From assembly GCA_010028905.1 (NCBI GenBank), contig RGZZ01000001.1, forward strand, positions 1 to 51,123: a DNA stretch of 51,123 nucleotides, in the 5' to 3' direction. The stretch comes from Pseudomonadota bacterium (GTDB lineage Bacteria > Vulcanimicrobiota > Xenobia > RGZZ01). Positions 29,331 to 38,297 of the stretch are shown here, piece after piece. Positions within the stretch are counted from its first letter, which is position 1, and every line of letters starts with the position of its first letter. Made by a program: the position numbers and the translations under genes. The notes beneath the pieces were generated by a model. That model made no database searches, had not been told where the DNA came from, and saw only the letters and a list, made by a program, of their open reading frames with translations.

Positions 29331-30545
29331 TCAGACAGATGCCGCACTGCGGCCGGCCACGCGTGCCGCGGCTTCGAGGGCCTGTGTCACGTCAGCCCGA
29401 AGGTCGTCGATGGATTCGATGCCCACCGACAGGCGAACCAGCCCGTCGGTGATGCCGAGCTCTGCGCGGCGGGCGGGGGGGATGCTGGCGTGGGTCATGA
29501 TGGCCGGATGGTCGGCCAGCGATTCCACGCCGCCCAGGCTCTCGGCCAGGGTGAAGATCTTCAGGCTCTCCATGAAGGCTCGTGCGGCCTCGAGCCCCCC
29601 GCGAACCACGAACGAGATCATGCCGCCGGACGTGCGCATCTGCCGCTTCGCCAGGGCGTGCTGGGGATCTGACGGCAGCCCGGGGTAGTAGACCCGCTCT
29701 ACGCCCTCGTGCGCGCTGAGAAGTCCGGCCAGGATCGTCGCGTTTGCCGCATGGCGCTCCATGCGAACCGCCAGTGTCTTGAGGCCGCGCATCACGAGAA
29801 AGGCATCGAACGGCCCGCACACCGCCCCAACGGCATTCTGGTGAAACTTCTGGTTCTCGAAGATCTCCTTTGAGCGGGTGGCCATCAGTCCCAGGACAAC
29901 GTCGCTGTGACCGCCCAGGTACTTCGTGGCGCTGTGCACCACGATGTCGATTCCGGCCTCGAGCGGGCGCTGGTTGTACGGGCTCATGAACGTGTTGTCG
30001 ACAACGGAGATCAGGTTGTGGCGCCGGCAGAAGGCGGCTGCGGCCTCGAGATCGGTGAGCTTGAGCAGCGGATTGGTGGGCGTCTCGATCCAGAGCATGC
30101 GGGTGTTCGGTCGAACGCGCGATTCGAGCGCCGCGGCGTCAGCGGTGTCGACGAAATCGAACGTCAGGCCGAACTTCTCGAACACGCGCGTGAACAGGCG
30201 ATAGGTTCCGCCGTACACGTCATCGCCCACGATGACGTGATCGCCGGCCTTGAGCAGGTTCATGAGGTTGTTGGTGGCGGCGAGGCCGGACGAGAACGCG
30301 AGGCCGTACTCGCCCCCCTCGAGGGATGCGATGCAGGTCTCGAGGGCTTTGCGCGTGGGGTTCTCGGTGCGCGCGTACTCGTAGATGCCCTGGTAGGGCT
30401 TGCCCAGGGCCTCCTGCGCGTAGGTCGAGGTCTGGAAGATGGGGACGCTCACCGCGCCGGTGAGGCCTTCTGGCGCTTGTCCAGCGTGGATTGCTCGGGT
30501 CTCGAAGCCCAGGGAGGTCAGATCTGCATCGCTCTTCATTTCCAT
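29331..30545 (-). CDS. PLP-dependent trans-sulfuration enzyme (cystathionine gamma-synthase / gamma-lyase family)
   Basis: FETRAIHAGQ…, SGLAAT… and the PLP-lysine motif HSATKYLGGHSD. Start trimmed to ATG 30545, with GAGGAG 5 nt upstream. Confidence 0.9.
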   Translation of the reverse strand: MEMKSDADLTSLGFETRAIHAGQAPEGLTGAVSVPIFQTSTYAQEALGKPYQGIYEYARTENPTRKALETCIASLEGGEYGLAFSSGLAATNNLMNLLKAGDHVIVGDDVYGGTYRLFTRVFEKFGLTFDFVDTADAAALESRVRPNTRMLWIETPTNPLLKLTDLEAAAAFCRRHNLISVVDNTFMSPYNQRPLEAGIDIVVHSATKYLGGHSDVVLGLMATRSKEIFENQKFHQNAVGAVCGPFDAFLVMRGLKTLAVRMERHAANATILAGLLSAHEGVERVYYPGLPSDPQHALAKRQMRTSGGMISFVVRGGLEAARAFMESLKIFTLAESLGGVESLADHPAIMTHASIPPARRAELGITDGLVRLSVGIESIDDLRADVTQALEAAARVAGRSAASV

Positions 30546-32191
30546 TTCCACTCCTCGATGTTCCAGGTGATGCTTCCAAATGTTCGCGGAGAGACGCCCT
30601 CGAGGTCGCTGCGAAAGACGGTGGCAAGGGGCGTGAAGTAGAGAGGGAGCAGGGGCACCTCTCGGGCCAGAAGGCGCTGGTGGCTGGCAACGGGGTTCGT
30701 GGCCCCTGCTGGACAGGGCTGCGCGCCGATCTGTGACAGCAGCCGCGTGTTCTCCGGGGAGGCCCAGCGGCTGATGTTCTCGCCGTGGAAGTTGTTGCGC
30801 TGGCTGGGGATGGCGTCTTCCGCGAGATAGGTGCTGGGGAGGGTCCACGGGTACACCTCGATGGCTTGCAGCGCAACTGTGTAGGCACCTTCATGGATGG
30901 CCGCCACATACGACGAGTGCGGGCGCCCATCGATGGTCACAGTGAGGCCGAGGCGTTCCCAGCTCTTCTTCACGTTCTCTGCCGTTGCAACCATATCCGG
31001 GCTCTCTGCGTCGAGCAGCAGGCGAACGTCGACAGGGGGGCGCGCAGCGTCACCTGCACCCGCCGTCTCGAGCTTGCCGTTGATGGTCTTCAGACCCGCC
31101 TCGGAAAGGGTCTTGCGGGCTTTCTCGACGTCACCGCTGTAGGCGGCGAAGGTTGGAAGGCTGCCCAGCCGATTGGGCTGCAGCCACGAGTCGGCTGCAA
31201 CCGCGCGGGCCGTTCCGAGCGCCTGCACGATGGCGATGCGATTGGTGGCCTGCGCCAGAGCGCGACGCGCCTCCGCGGCGGCGAAGGGGGCTATGCGGGT
31301 GTTGAACACGAGACAGACGAGCCGCGGACCTGGGGTCATGACGACCGTATGTGCTCCTCCTTCCGGCCACTGACGACGGGCGACCTCTTCGGCGGGGACG
31401 CGGTCAATCACGTCGACCGCGTTGCTCGTAAGGGCGTCGAGCGCGGCCTGTGGGGTCTCGTAGAACTGGAACGTGGCGTGCTCGAGTGCGGTTGGCCGCG
31501 GCTGGTAGCTCGGGTTGCGCTCGAGGTCGATGCGGTTTGAAGCGCGGCTCTTGAACCGAAATGGCCCATCGCCCACCGGCGACTGATGGAACGGCGCTGA
31601 TGAGAAGTTGCGCACATCGCGATTCAGCGTCTGCTCGAGAAGGTGGCGGGGAAGGGGAAAGATGTCGAGGGCGTCGTGCACCGCGGTCCGGTCGACGGTG
31701 AAGGTGAGCGTGTCTCCAGCCTGGGTGAACCCCTTGATGGCCGACGACCACCACGCATGTCCCTTCATGAACAGCGGGTGCATCAGCACGCGGTAGGTGA
31801 ACATGAAGTCGTCGAACGTCATCGGCTGGCCGTCGCTGAACGTGGCCCCCTTGCGAAGACGGAACGTGTAGGCGGCGATGTGCGTGTTTCCGCGAAAGGT
31901 TCCGCTCGTGACGCTCGGAACGTCGGTGGCCCACTCCGCGCGCAGCGAGCCGTTGGCCGCATAGGTGAGGAATCCGCGGAACATGGCGTCTTGAACCACC
32001 ATGGCGTCGGGGGCGCGATCGTAGAGCGGACTCACGCCTGGCGCGCCACTACCCGCGATGGCGATTCTGACCGTGGTGTGCGGGTCGCTCTTCCAGCACC
32101 CGAGTGCCCCCAGCGAGAGCGTTGCAAGCGCAAAGATGCAGAGCCCCGCCAGCGGGAACCTGCGGGTCGCTCGGGGGGGCATCGGCGTCAA
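30536..32191 (-). CDS. ABC transporter substrate-binding lipoprotein, family 5 (peptide/nickel type)
   Basis: Lipobox-like LSLGALGC. Size and pattern are SBP_bac_5-like (…YTFRLRKGATFSDGQPMTFDDFMFTY…). Start is TTG 32191 or ATG 32182. Confidence 0.82.
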   Translation of the reverse strand: MTPMPPRATRRFPLAGLCIFALATLSLGALGCWKSDPHTTVRIAIAGSGAPGVSPLYDRAPDAMVVQDAMFRGFLTYAANGSLRAEWATDVPSVTSGTFRGNTHIAAYTFRLRKGATFSDGQPMTFDDFMFTYRVLMHPLFMKGHAWWSSAIKGFTQAGDTLTFTVDRTAVHDALDIFPLPRHLLEQTLNRDVRNFSSAPFHQSPVGDGPFRFKSRASNRIDLERNPSYQPRPTALEHATFQFYETPQAALDALTSNAVDVIDRVPAEEVARRQWPEGGAHTVVMTPGPRLVCLVFNTRIAPFAAAEARRALAQATNRIAIVQALGTARAVAADSWLQPNRLGSLPTFAAYSGDVEKARKTLSEAGLKTINGKLETAGAGDAARPPVDVRLLLDAESPDMVATAENVKKSWERLGLTVTIDGRPHSSYVAAIHEGAYTVALQAIEVYPWTLPSTYLAEDAIPSQRNNFHGENISRWASPENTRLLSQIGAQPCPAGATNPVASHQRLLAREVPLLPLYFTPLATVFRSDLEGVSPRTFGSITWNIEEWKWK

Positions 32192-32204
32192 CGTGGAGCG
32201 TCGC

Positions 32205-32771
32205 TCAGATCGCTCGCGCGGCGCGGCCCCAGCCCAGCCAGAGCACCAGCGAGAGCACGATGAACAGCACTGCGAAGCGGGTTGTCCACTGGCTGAGCTG
32301 CTCGTCGGCGCTCTTCTTGCCCCGGAACACAGACGAGCTCACGGTGCCGCCGATCACACCGGACAGCCCCTCGTTCTTGGTGGTCTGGAACATGACGCAG
32401 CCGACCAGGCCGATGCAGGTGAGGAAGTACACGGTCAGGAGCAGGCCGTGCAGCACAGGGTGTGCGCTGCTCTGCGCCTCGATGGGAGGCACCATGGTGT
32501 TCACCTGGGGAGCGACGGTCATGGGCATCTGCGGAACGCCTGCCCCCGGAAGCGTGGGCGGCGCAGCGGCCGGAAGGCCGGATGCGACAGCGGCCGGGAG
32601 CGTGGGTGGCGCTGCGGCAGGCAGGCCGGATGCGACGGCGCCCGGCAGCGCGGGAGGAGCGCCTGGGGCAACGCCAGCGGGAACGCCAGAGGCGGCTGGG
32701 GCGGCGGGCACGGCCTGCGCCAGGAATGCCCAGGACTTGATGCAGAGGTTGAGATAGAGCTGGGGAAGCAA
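32205..32771 (-). CDS. secG: Preprotein translocase subunit SecG with an N-terminal Pro/Ala-rich repeat extension
   Basis: C-terminal ~85 aa are SecG-like (HGLLLTVYFLTCIGLVGCVMFQTTKNEGLSGVIGG…TTRFAVLFIVLSLVLW). Position after tpiA is canonical. TTG start at 32771 has AAGGAG 9 nt upstream. Alternative internal Met starts (32528, 32522, 32495) lack an SD. Confidence 0.72.
   Translation of the reverse strand: MLPQLYLNLCIKSWAFLAQAVPAAPAASGVPAGVAPGAPPALPGAVASGLPAAAPPTLPAAVASGLPAAAPPTLPGAGVPQMPMTVAPQVNTMVPPIEAQSSAHPVLHGLLLTVYFLTCIGLVGCVMFQTTKNEGLSGVIGGTVSSSVFRGKKSADEQLSQWTTRFAVLFIVLSLVLWLGWGRAARAI
32545..32660. repeat. 45-nt tandem repeat (about 2.3 copies) inside the secG 5' extension
   Basis: Units beginning near 32545 and 32594 are near-identical (…agcgtgggYggcgcNgcggcMggMaggccggatgcgacRgcg…). 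They encode LPAAVASGLPAAAPPT twice on the minus strand. Confidence 0.7.
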
Positions 32772-33009
32772 GATTCAAATCTCCTTTGGATACCAGAAAG
32801 GATGCGGATTCGTGCGGTGCGGGCAGGGGCCGTTCGGGCCTGCCGCGCCGCCTCTGCGATAAGCGGCGGCGCCTTGCGTCGACAACGGGAGAGCCCGTGT
32901 GGACGCTTCATCTCGCGACGAACCCGCGCCTATTCTTCGCCGGGTCGGGAACCCCTTTTTTTGGTGCGCAGGAGTTCAGCGCGAGACGACGCGCGCTGAA
33001 CCCCCTGCG

Positions 33010-33777
33010 TCAGTGGAACTCGACGATGCGCAGGAACGAGGCCGCTTCGAGGCTGGCGCCTCCCACCAGGGCGCCGTCGATGTGGGGCTGGGCCATGTAG
33101 GCGTCGATGTTGTCTGGCTTCACGCTGCCCCCGTACTGGATGCGGATCTTCGCCGCCACCGACTCGCCCAGCACCTCACCGAGCACGCTGCGGATGTGGC
33201 CGCAGGTCTCGTTTGCGTTCTGCGGGGTGTCGCTCTTGCCCGTGCCGATGGCCCAGATGGGCTCGTAGGCGATGACCAGGTGATCGCCCTCGGCTGTCGA
33301 CACCCCCGCGAGGCCCGCTCGCACCTGACCCTCGACCTTGCTTCGGGTCAGCCCCGCTTCACGCTCCTCGAGGGATTCACCGACGCACAGAATCGCCGAC
33401 ATGCCCCAGTCGAGCACCGCCCGCACCTTCTTCTGGCAGAGGGCGTCGGTGTCGCCGAAGAGCGCCCGTCGCTCGGAGTGGCCCACGATGACGTAGCGGC
33501 ACCCTGCATCCTTGGCCATCTCGGCCGAGACCTCGCCCGTGAAGGCCCCCTTCTCGGCCCACCAGACGTTCTGGCAGCCCAGGCGGATTCGACCTTTTCG
33601 GGAGACGATGGCGTTCACCGCGCTCAGCGCAGTGAACGGCGGGCACACCAGCACCTCTCGATCGCTGGCGTGCCCGGGAACGTCGAGTCGCTCGCAGAGG
33701 GCCTCGACGAGACCAACGGCGTCGCGCACCGTCTTGTGCATCTTCCAGTTGCCGGCAAGAAGGGGAATGCGTTGCAT
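33010..33777 (-). CDS. tpiA: Triose-phosphate isomerase
   Basis: AGNWKMHK, VIVGHSERR and YEPIWAIGTG motifs. Confidence 0.95.
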   Translation of the reverse strand: MQRIPLLAGNWKMHKTVRDAVGLVEALCERLDVPGHASDREVLVCPPFTALSAVNAIVSRKGRIRLGCQNVWWAEKGAFTGEVSAEMAKDAGCRYVIVGHSERRALFGDTDALCQKKVRAVLDWGMSAILCVGESLEEREAGLTRSKVEGQVRAGLAGVSTAEGDHLVIAYEPIWAIGTGKSDTPQNANETCGHIRSVLGEVLGESVAAKIRIQYGGSVKPDNIDAYMAQPHIDGALVGGASLEAASFLRIVEFH

Positions 33778-33779
33778 CG

Positions 33780-34976
33780 CTAGCCACCTACCTTTGCGTC
33801 AGCGTCGAGGAGGCGCGCCACGCCGGGGAGCTCGCGTCCCTCGAGGAACTCGAGGGACGCGCCCCCGCCCGTCGAGATGTGCGTCATCTTCGCGGCAACC
33901 CCCATCTGCTCTGCGGCGGCCGCGGTATCGCCACCGCCCAGCACGGTGGTGGCCTGCGTGCTGGCCACCACTTCGGCCAGCCGCTTCGTGCCGTCGGCGA
34001 ACAGGGGGTTCTCAAAGACGCCCATGGGGCCGTTCCACAGCACCGTGCGACTGTCGGCCAGGGCGGCCGCGAAGCGCTCCACAGATCTCGGACCGATATC
34101 GAGGCCCATCATGTCGTCGGGGATCGCATCGACCGAGACCACCTGCGTGGGCACGCCGTCGGCAAGGGCGGGCGCCACCACGACGTCGACGGGCAGCAGC
34201 ACCTGCTTGCCGAGGGCCCGCGCCTCCTCGAGGAACGCGCGGGCGTTCTCCGGGTTCGGATCGAGCAGGGAGCGCCCGATCTTCTTTCCCTCGACGTGCA
34301 GGAACGTGAACGCCATGCCGCCGCCGATGATGAAGCGGTCGACCGGCCCCAGGAGGTTCTTCAGAACCGCGATCTTGTCGGCCACCTTGGCCCCGCCGAG
34401 AATGGACACGAAGGGGTGGGCCGGGTCGTGCAGCACCTTTCCGAGGAAGGTGATCTCCTTCTCCATCAGCAGGCCCGCGTACGATGGCAGATGGTCGCAC
34501 ACCCCCGCGGTCGATGCGTGGGCGCGGTGCGCGCTGCCGAACGCGTCGTTGCAGTAGATGTCGCCCAGCTTCGCCAGCTGCGCGGCAAACGCCGGGTCAT
34601 TCTTCTCCTCCTCGGCGTAGAAGCGCAGGTTCTCGAGGAGCATCACGCTGGCGGGCGGAGCCCACTTCACCGCTTGTTCCACCCGCTCGCCAACGCAGTC
34701 GTCGAGTGCGGTGACCGGGCGCGTGAGCAGGATCGCCAGGCGCTCAGCGACGGGAGCGAGGCGCAGGTCGGCGTTCACCTTGCCCTTCGGTCTTCCCAGG
34801 TGCGACATCAGCACCACCCGTCCGCCGTTGTCGATGATGTGGCGGATGGTGGGCAGGGCGGCGAGGAGACGGGTGTCGTCGGCCACCTTGCCGTGATCGA
34901 GGGGAACGTTGAAGTCGACGCGCACGAGCACGCACTTGCCGCGAACGTCGATGTCTCTGATGCTGGCCTTGTTCAT
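33780..34976 (-). CDS. pgk: Phosphoglycerate kinase
   Basis: RVDFNVPL, GGGMAFTF and GGGDTAAA motifs. 398 aa. Confidence 0.95.
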   Translation of the reverse strand: MNKASIRDIDVRGKCVLVRVDFNVPLDHGKVADDTRLLAALPTIRHIIDNGGRVVLMSHLGRPKGKVNADLRLAPVAERLAILLTRPVTALDDCVGERVEQAVKWAPPASVMLLENLRFYAEEEKNDPAFAAQLAKLGDIYCNDAFGSAHRAHASTAGVCDHLPSYAGLLMEKEITFLGKVLHDPAHPFVSILGGAKVADKIAVLKNLLGPVDRFIIGGGMAFTFLHVEGKKIGRSLLDPNPENARAFLEEARALGKQVLLPVDVVVAPALADGVPTQVVSVDAIPDDMMGLDIGPRSVERFAAALADSRTVLWNGPMGVFENPLFADGTKRLAEVVASTQATTVLGGGDTAAAAEQMGVAAKMTHISTGGGASLEFLEGRELPGVARLLDADAKVGG

Positions 34977-35043
34977 GGGGTACCTCTGCTCTACTGGACT
35001 TGTGCCGCGAGCGGCGCGCGCGCCGCCGCGACGAGGGAGATCA

Positions 35044-36672
35044 TCATGTGTCGAAGAGACGATTCGTGACGGTGAGGCGGTGCTGGCAGAGACCCTTCAG
35101 GTTGATGCACACGTTGTACCACGCACCCTGCGCCGCCGCCAGGGCGAGCGCTCCCGCCACGCCGGCGTCGCTGAGCGCATTGGGATTCCCCTGCTCGCCC
35201 ACCGTGCAGGCCAGGGCCGCGGCCCTGCACGCCAGTCGCATGGTCTCGAGCGGGGCTGCGATGGCGCCTTTCGTCGCGTCGGCCACGGCCTGTCGCTTCG
35301 CGGCCTTCTCGGCGTCTGTCTCGGCCTTCTCGCGCATCGCGCCCATGAGCACGTTGAAGGCCTCCGTGTCGCGATCGACACCGCCCAGCAGCCCGTCCTT
35401 GAGCTGCTGCGCGTCTTCAGCCAGCGCGCACATGCGCTCGAAGAGCGCGGTTCCGTCGGGCTTGCGGCGCTGATAGACCGACAGGCCGTTGGCGGTGAGG
35501 TTGGCCACCATGGCCACCAGCGAGGCCGCGAGCGCGCCCGCCAGGGCCGACACGCTGCCGCCGCCGGGGGCCGGCGCGTCGCTCGCGGTGACGTTGGCGA
35601 ACGCGCGTACCGGGAGCGACGCCAATGGTCCGGAGAGAGAGCGGAAGCGATACTCGATGACCTTCTGCGCGGGGTCGAAGGGCCCCAGCTGGTCGAGCCC
35701 CAGCGATCGGATGGCCGTCTCGACCAGCTCCTCCTCGCTCACGCCAGGAGATCGGTTCGCCTTCAGCAGGTAGTGCCGTCCGGCTGCTGTCAGCGCCTCG
35801 AGGGGGATGAGCCCCACCAGCTCGCTGCCCGTGACGAGAACGCCGCGCTTCTCAGCTTCGGCGCGAATGGCGTCGAAGACCACGTGCGGGGGGCTCACCT
35901 TGAAGTTGGTGAGGTTGATGGAGACCTGCGCCTGCTTGTAGGCCTCGATGTACCAGCCCACGGCCTTCACGTGCTCGAGCATGCCGGGCACCCGGGCCTG
36001 GCTACCGTCCGGCAGGGAGATCGGGTTGCCGTCATCGTCTCGGGCAAGGCGTCCGGACTCGCGAACACTGAGGGCGATGTCGCTGGCGATCTTCTTGTCG
36101 CGGGTGTTGAGGTTGACGTTGTAGGCGATCAGGAACTCGCGGGCGCCGATGACCGTCGCCCCCGCCTGGGCGTTGAACCCGTCACCGAAATCGGGGGCCC
36201 AGCGCGGATCGGCGAGCTTTCGCTCGAGCCCTTCGTATTCGCCCGCGCGGATGTTCGCGAGGTTGCGGCGCTCCTCGTTGCGCGCGGCGTACTCGTACAG
36301 GAACACCGGGATGGCGAGCTCACGCCCCACCCGCTCTCCCAGGCGCTCGGCGAGCTTCACGCACGTGGCGATGTCGACGCCTTCGATGGGGATGAGCGGG
36401 CAGACGTCAGTGGCGCCCATGCGTGGATGCGCCCCGCTGTGCCGACGCATGTCGATGCGCGCGGCCGCTGTCTTGATGGCCTGGAAGGCGGCTTCGATCA
36501 CGTCTTCAGGCGGCCCCACGAAGGTCATGACGGTGCGGTTGGTGTCGGCGCCCGGATCGATGTCGAGCAGCTGGACGCCGCTCACACCGCGAATGGCGGA
36601 TGCGATGGCATCGATGACGGCGGGGTCACGGCCCTCGCTGAAGTTCGGGACGCACTCGATGAGCTGCGGCAT
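35044..36672 (-). CDS. Bifunctional glutamate formimidoyltransferase / formimidoyl-THF cyclodeaminase (FTCD-like fusion)
   Basis: Start trimmed to ATG 36672 (AGGAG upstream). MPQLIECVPNFSEGRD… is the formiminotransferase N-terminus. The C-terminal ~200 aa are a helical cyclodeaminase-like domain. About 542 aa in total. Confidence 0.85.
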   Translation of the reverse strand: MPQLIECVPNFSEGRDPAVIDAIASAIRGVSGVQLLDIDPGADTNRTVMTFVGPPEDVIEAAFQAIKTAAARIDMRRHSGAHPRMGATDVCPLIPIEGVDIATCVKLAERLGERVGRELAIPVFLYEYAARNEERRNLANIRAGEYEGLERKLADPRWAPDFGDGFNAQAGATVIGAREFLIAYNVNLNTRDKKIASDIALSVRESGRLARDDDGNPISLPDGSQARVPGMLEHVKAVGWYIEAYKQAQVSINLTNFKVSPPHVVFDAIRAEAEKRGVLVTGSELVGLIPLEALTAAGRHYLLKANRSPGVSEEELVETAIRSLGLDQLGPFDPAQKVIEYRFRSLSGPLASLPVRAFANVTASDAPAPGGGSVSALAGALAASLVAMVANLTANGLSVYQRRKPDGTALFERMCALAEDAQQLKDGLLGGVDRDTEAFNVLMGAMREKAETDAEKAAKRQAVADATKGAIAAPLETMRLACRAAALACTVGEQGNPNALSDAGVAGALALAAAQGAWYNVCINLKGLCQHRLTVTNRLFDT

Positions 36673-36677
36673 GGGGT

Positions 36678-37205
36678 TCACTCCTGGTGCATGCGCGCCT
36701 TGAGCACGCGCACGCTGCCTTCGACATTGCTCGCGTCGCCGTCCGGATGCAGGCGGACCTCGACCCACTTGTACTTCCCCAGCGGACAGGAGCTGAGCGG
36801 CGCCTGGTAGAGCACGTTGCCCCCGCCACCGGTCTTGAACGAGAAGGGCGGGTTTCCGATTCCGGCCCGCTCGGCGCCGGCGCGGCCGGAGGTCGTGAAC
36901 CACACCGTGTAGACCGAGCGGGTCTTCATGCCGCTCAGGTCCATGCGGAAGCTGTCCTTGTCATCGGAGTAGCACGACACGCGCACCTTGCCGCGGGCGC
37001 TCCCCTGGTCGCCTTCCGTCTGGAAGGTCCACTCGCTTGCGGTGATGCCGTCATGATGCTCTTGCGGCGGCTTCGCGTTGTAGGGCTGCTTGATGAACCC
37101 TCGAGGACGGCCATCGTCCTCCTCGTCATCGGCGTGGGCGCCGGTCATCGGCAGGAGCGTGGTCAGCAGCGCGATGAGCAGCAGGCTGAGGAAGCGTTTT
37201 CTCAT
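36678..37205 (-). CDS. Secreted hypothetical protein (175 aa)
   Basis: Start trimmed to ATG 37205 (GGAGG 6 nt upstream). Signal peptide MRKRFLSLLLIALLTTLLPMTGAHA. Its stop lies 5 nt before the FTCD start. Confidence 0.65.
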   Translation of the reverse strand: MRKRFLSLLLIALLTTLLPMTGAHADDEEDDGRPRGFIKQPYNAKPPQEHHDGITASEWTFQTEGDQGSARGKVRVSCYSDDKDSFRMDLSGMKTRSVYTVWFTTSGRAGAERAGIGNPPFSFKTGGGGNVLYQAPLSSCPLGKYKWVEVRLHPDGDASNVEGSVRVLKARMHQE

Positions 37206-37474
37206 GGGAACCTCCGGGCATTCGGGGGATGTGGGGTGGCTGGCGCGGAGCGGCGGTGTCGTGAGCCCCGTACGCGCGAGCCGATGTCGGCGGTCAGACC
37301 CCGCGAAGCGTCGGGGGGTTTCTTCGCCCCCAGCGCCGGTTCCTGGAAGGAGGAGCCTGCGGAAGAGAGGAGACCACCCTGGGGGAGCGAACCCCGTACT
37401 CCCGCCAGGACGCCAGAGATGCATCTCGCCGAGGCTTCCCGCGCGCGGGCAGAGCGAACACCGTTGGAGGGGCC

Positions 37475-38278
37475 ATGGCCGCAGAGCAGAGCACGCACGC
37501 ATCAGAGTCGAATGGGGCCGCGCCGCCCGCGGGGCGCCCCGCAAGGCGCACCGTCGATCTCGATCCCAGCGGGCAGGTCACCCACCGCGAGCCGGACCGC
37601 GTGAAGCGCCAGTACCTCAACTACGCGTTCTTCAAGCTCGACCCCGCGTTCCGCCGCCTGTCGGCCGAGGAGAAGGCGTCGGCACGCGCCGAGTTCCTGG
37701 GGTCTGTGCAGCAGTGGGAGGGTGAGGTGCGCATCCAGCGCACCTACAGCCTGGTGGGCATGCGCGCAGAGGTCGACTTCATGCTCTGGCGCATCGCCTT
37801 CGATGTGCGCGACTTCCAGGAGTCGCAGGCGGCCATCAATCGCACGCGCCTGGCCGGCTACCTCACGCAGCCCTACAACTTCCTCGCCATGCAGAAGCGC
37901 AGCCAGTACGTCAATCGCGTGCAGGGAAGCGGTCACGGGGTCGAGATGCTGCCCGGCGAGGGACAGTACCTGTTCGTGTACCCCTTCATCAAGACGCGCC
38001 CCTGGTACGACCTCACGCCCCACGCCCGTCAGGGCATGATGGACGAGCACATCTTCGCCAGCGAGCCGTTCAAGGGCGTGCGCATCAACACCTCGTACTC
38101 GTACGGCATCGACGATCAGGAGTTCGTGGTCTCGTTCGACAGCGACTTCCCACAGGAGTTCGTCGACCTCGTGCATCGCCTGCGGTACACCGAGGCCAGC
38201 AACTTCACGCTGCGAGACACCCCCATGTTCACGTGCGTGAAGGCCTCCCTCGAGGAGATCCTCGATCAGATCTGCTGA
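37475..38278 (+). CDS. hemQ: Chlorite dismutase family protein (HemQ/ChdC-like coproheme decarboxylase)
   Basis: YLNYAFFKLDPAFRRL…, VDFMLWRI… and …FVYPFIKTRPWY… fit the Cld-like/HemQ fold. GGAGG upstream. Confidence 0.82.
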   Translation: MAAEQSTHASESNGAAPPAGRPARRTVDLDPSGQVTHREPDRVKRQYLNYAFFKLDPAFRRLSAEEKASARAEFLGSVQQWEGEVRIQRTYSLVGMRAEVDFMLWRIAFDVRDFQESQAAINRTRLAGYLTQPYNFLAMQKRSQYVNRVQGSGHGVEMLPGEGQYLFVYPFIKTRPWYDLTPHARQGMMDEHIFASEPFKGVRINTSYSYGIDDQEFVVSFDSDFPQEFVDLVHRLRYTEASNFTLRDTPMFTCVKASLEEILDQIC

Positions 38279-38297
38279 CGTCCGGGGCTGATCCGGG

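Noticed and set aside
32760-32790. tRNA T-loop-like string GATTCAAATC upstream of secG
   Set aside because: Flanking bases do not form a T-stem, and no acceptor or anticodon arms can be drawn. The AAGGAG next to it is better explained as the secG SD.
32975-33000. Hairpin TTCAGCGCG-N8-CGCGCTGAA just downstream of tpiA, considered as a terminator
   Set aside because: On the minus (coding) strand the stem is followed by CTCCTGCGCACCAAAAAAA, not a U-tract. The T-run lies on the wrong side for either orientation. At most it is a stabilising or processing structure.
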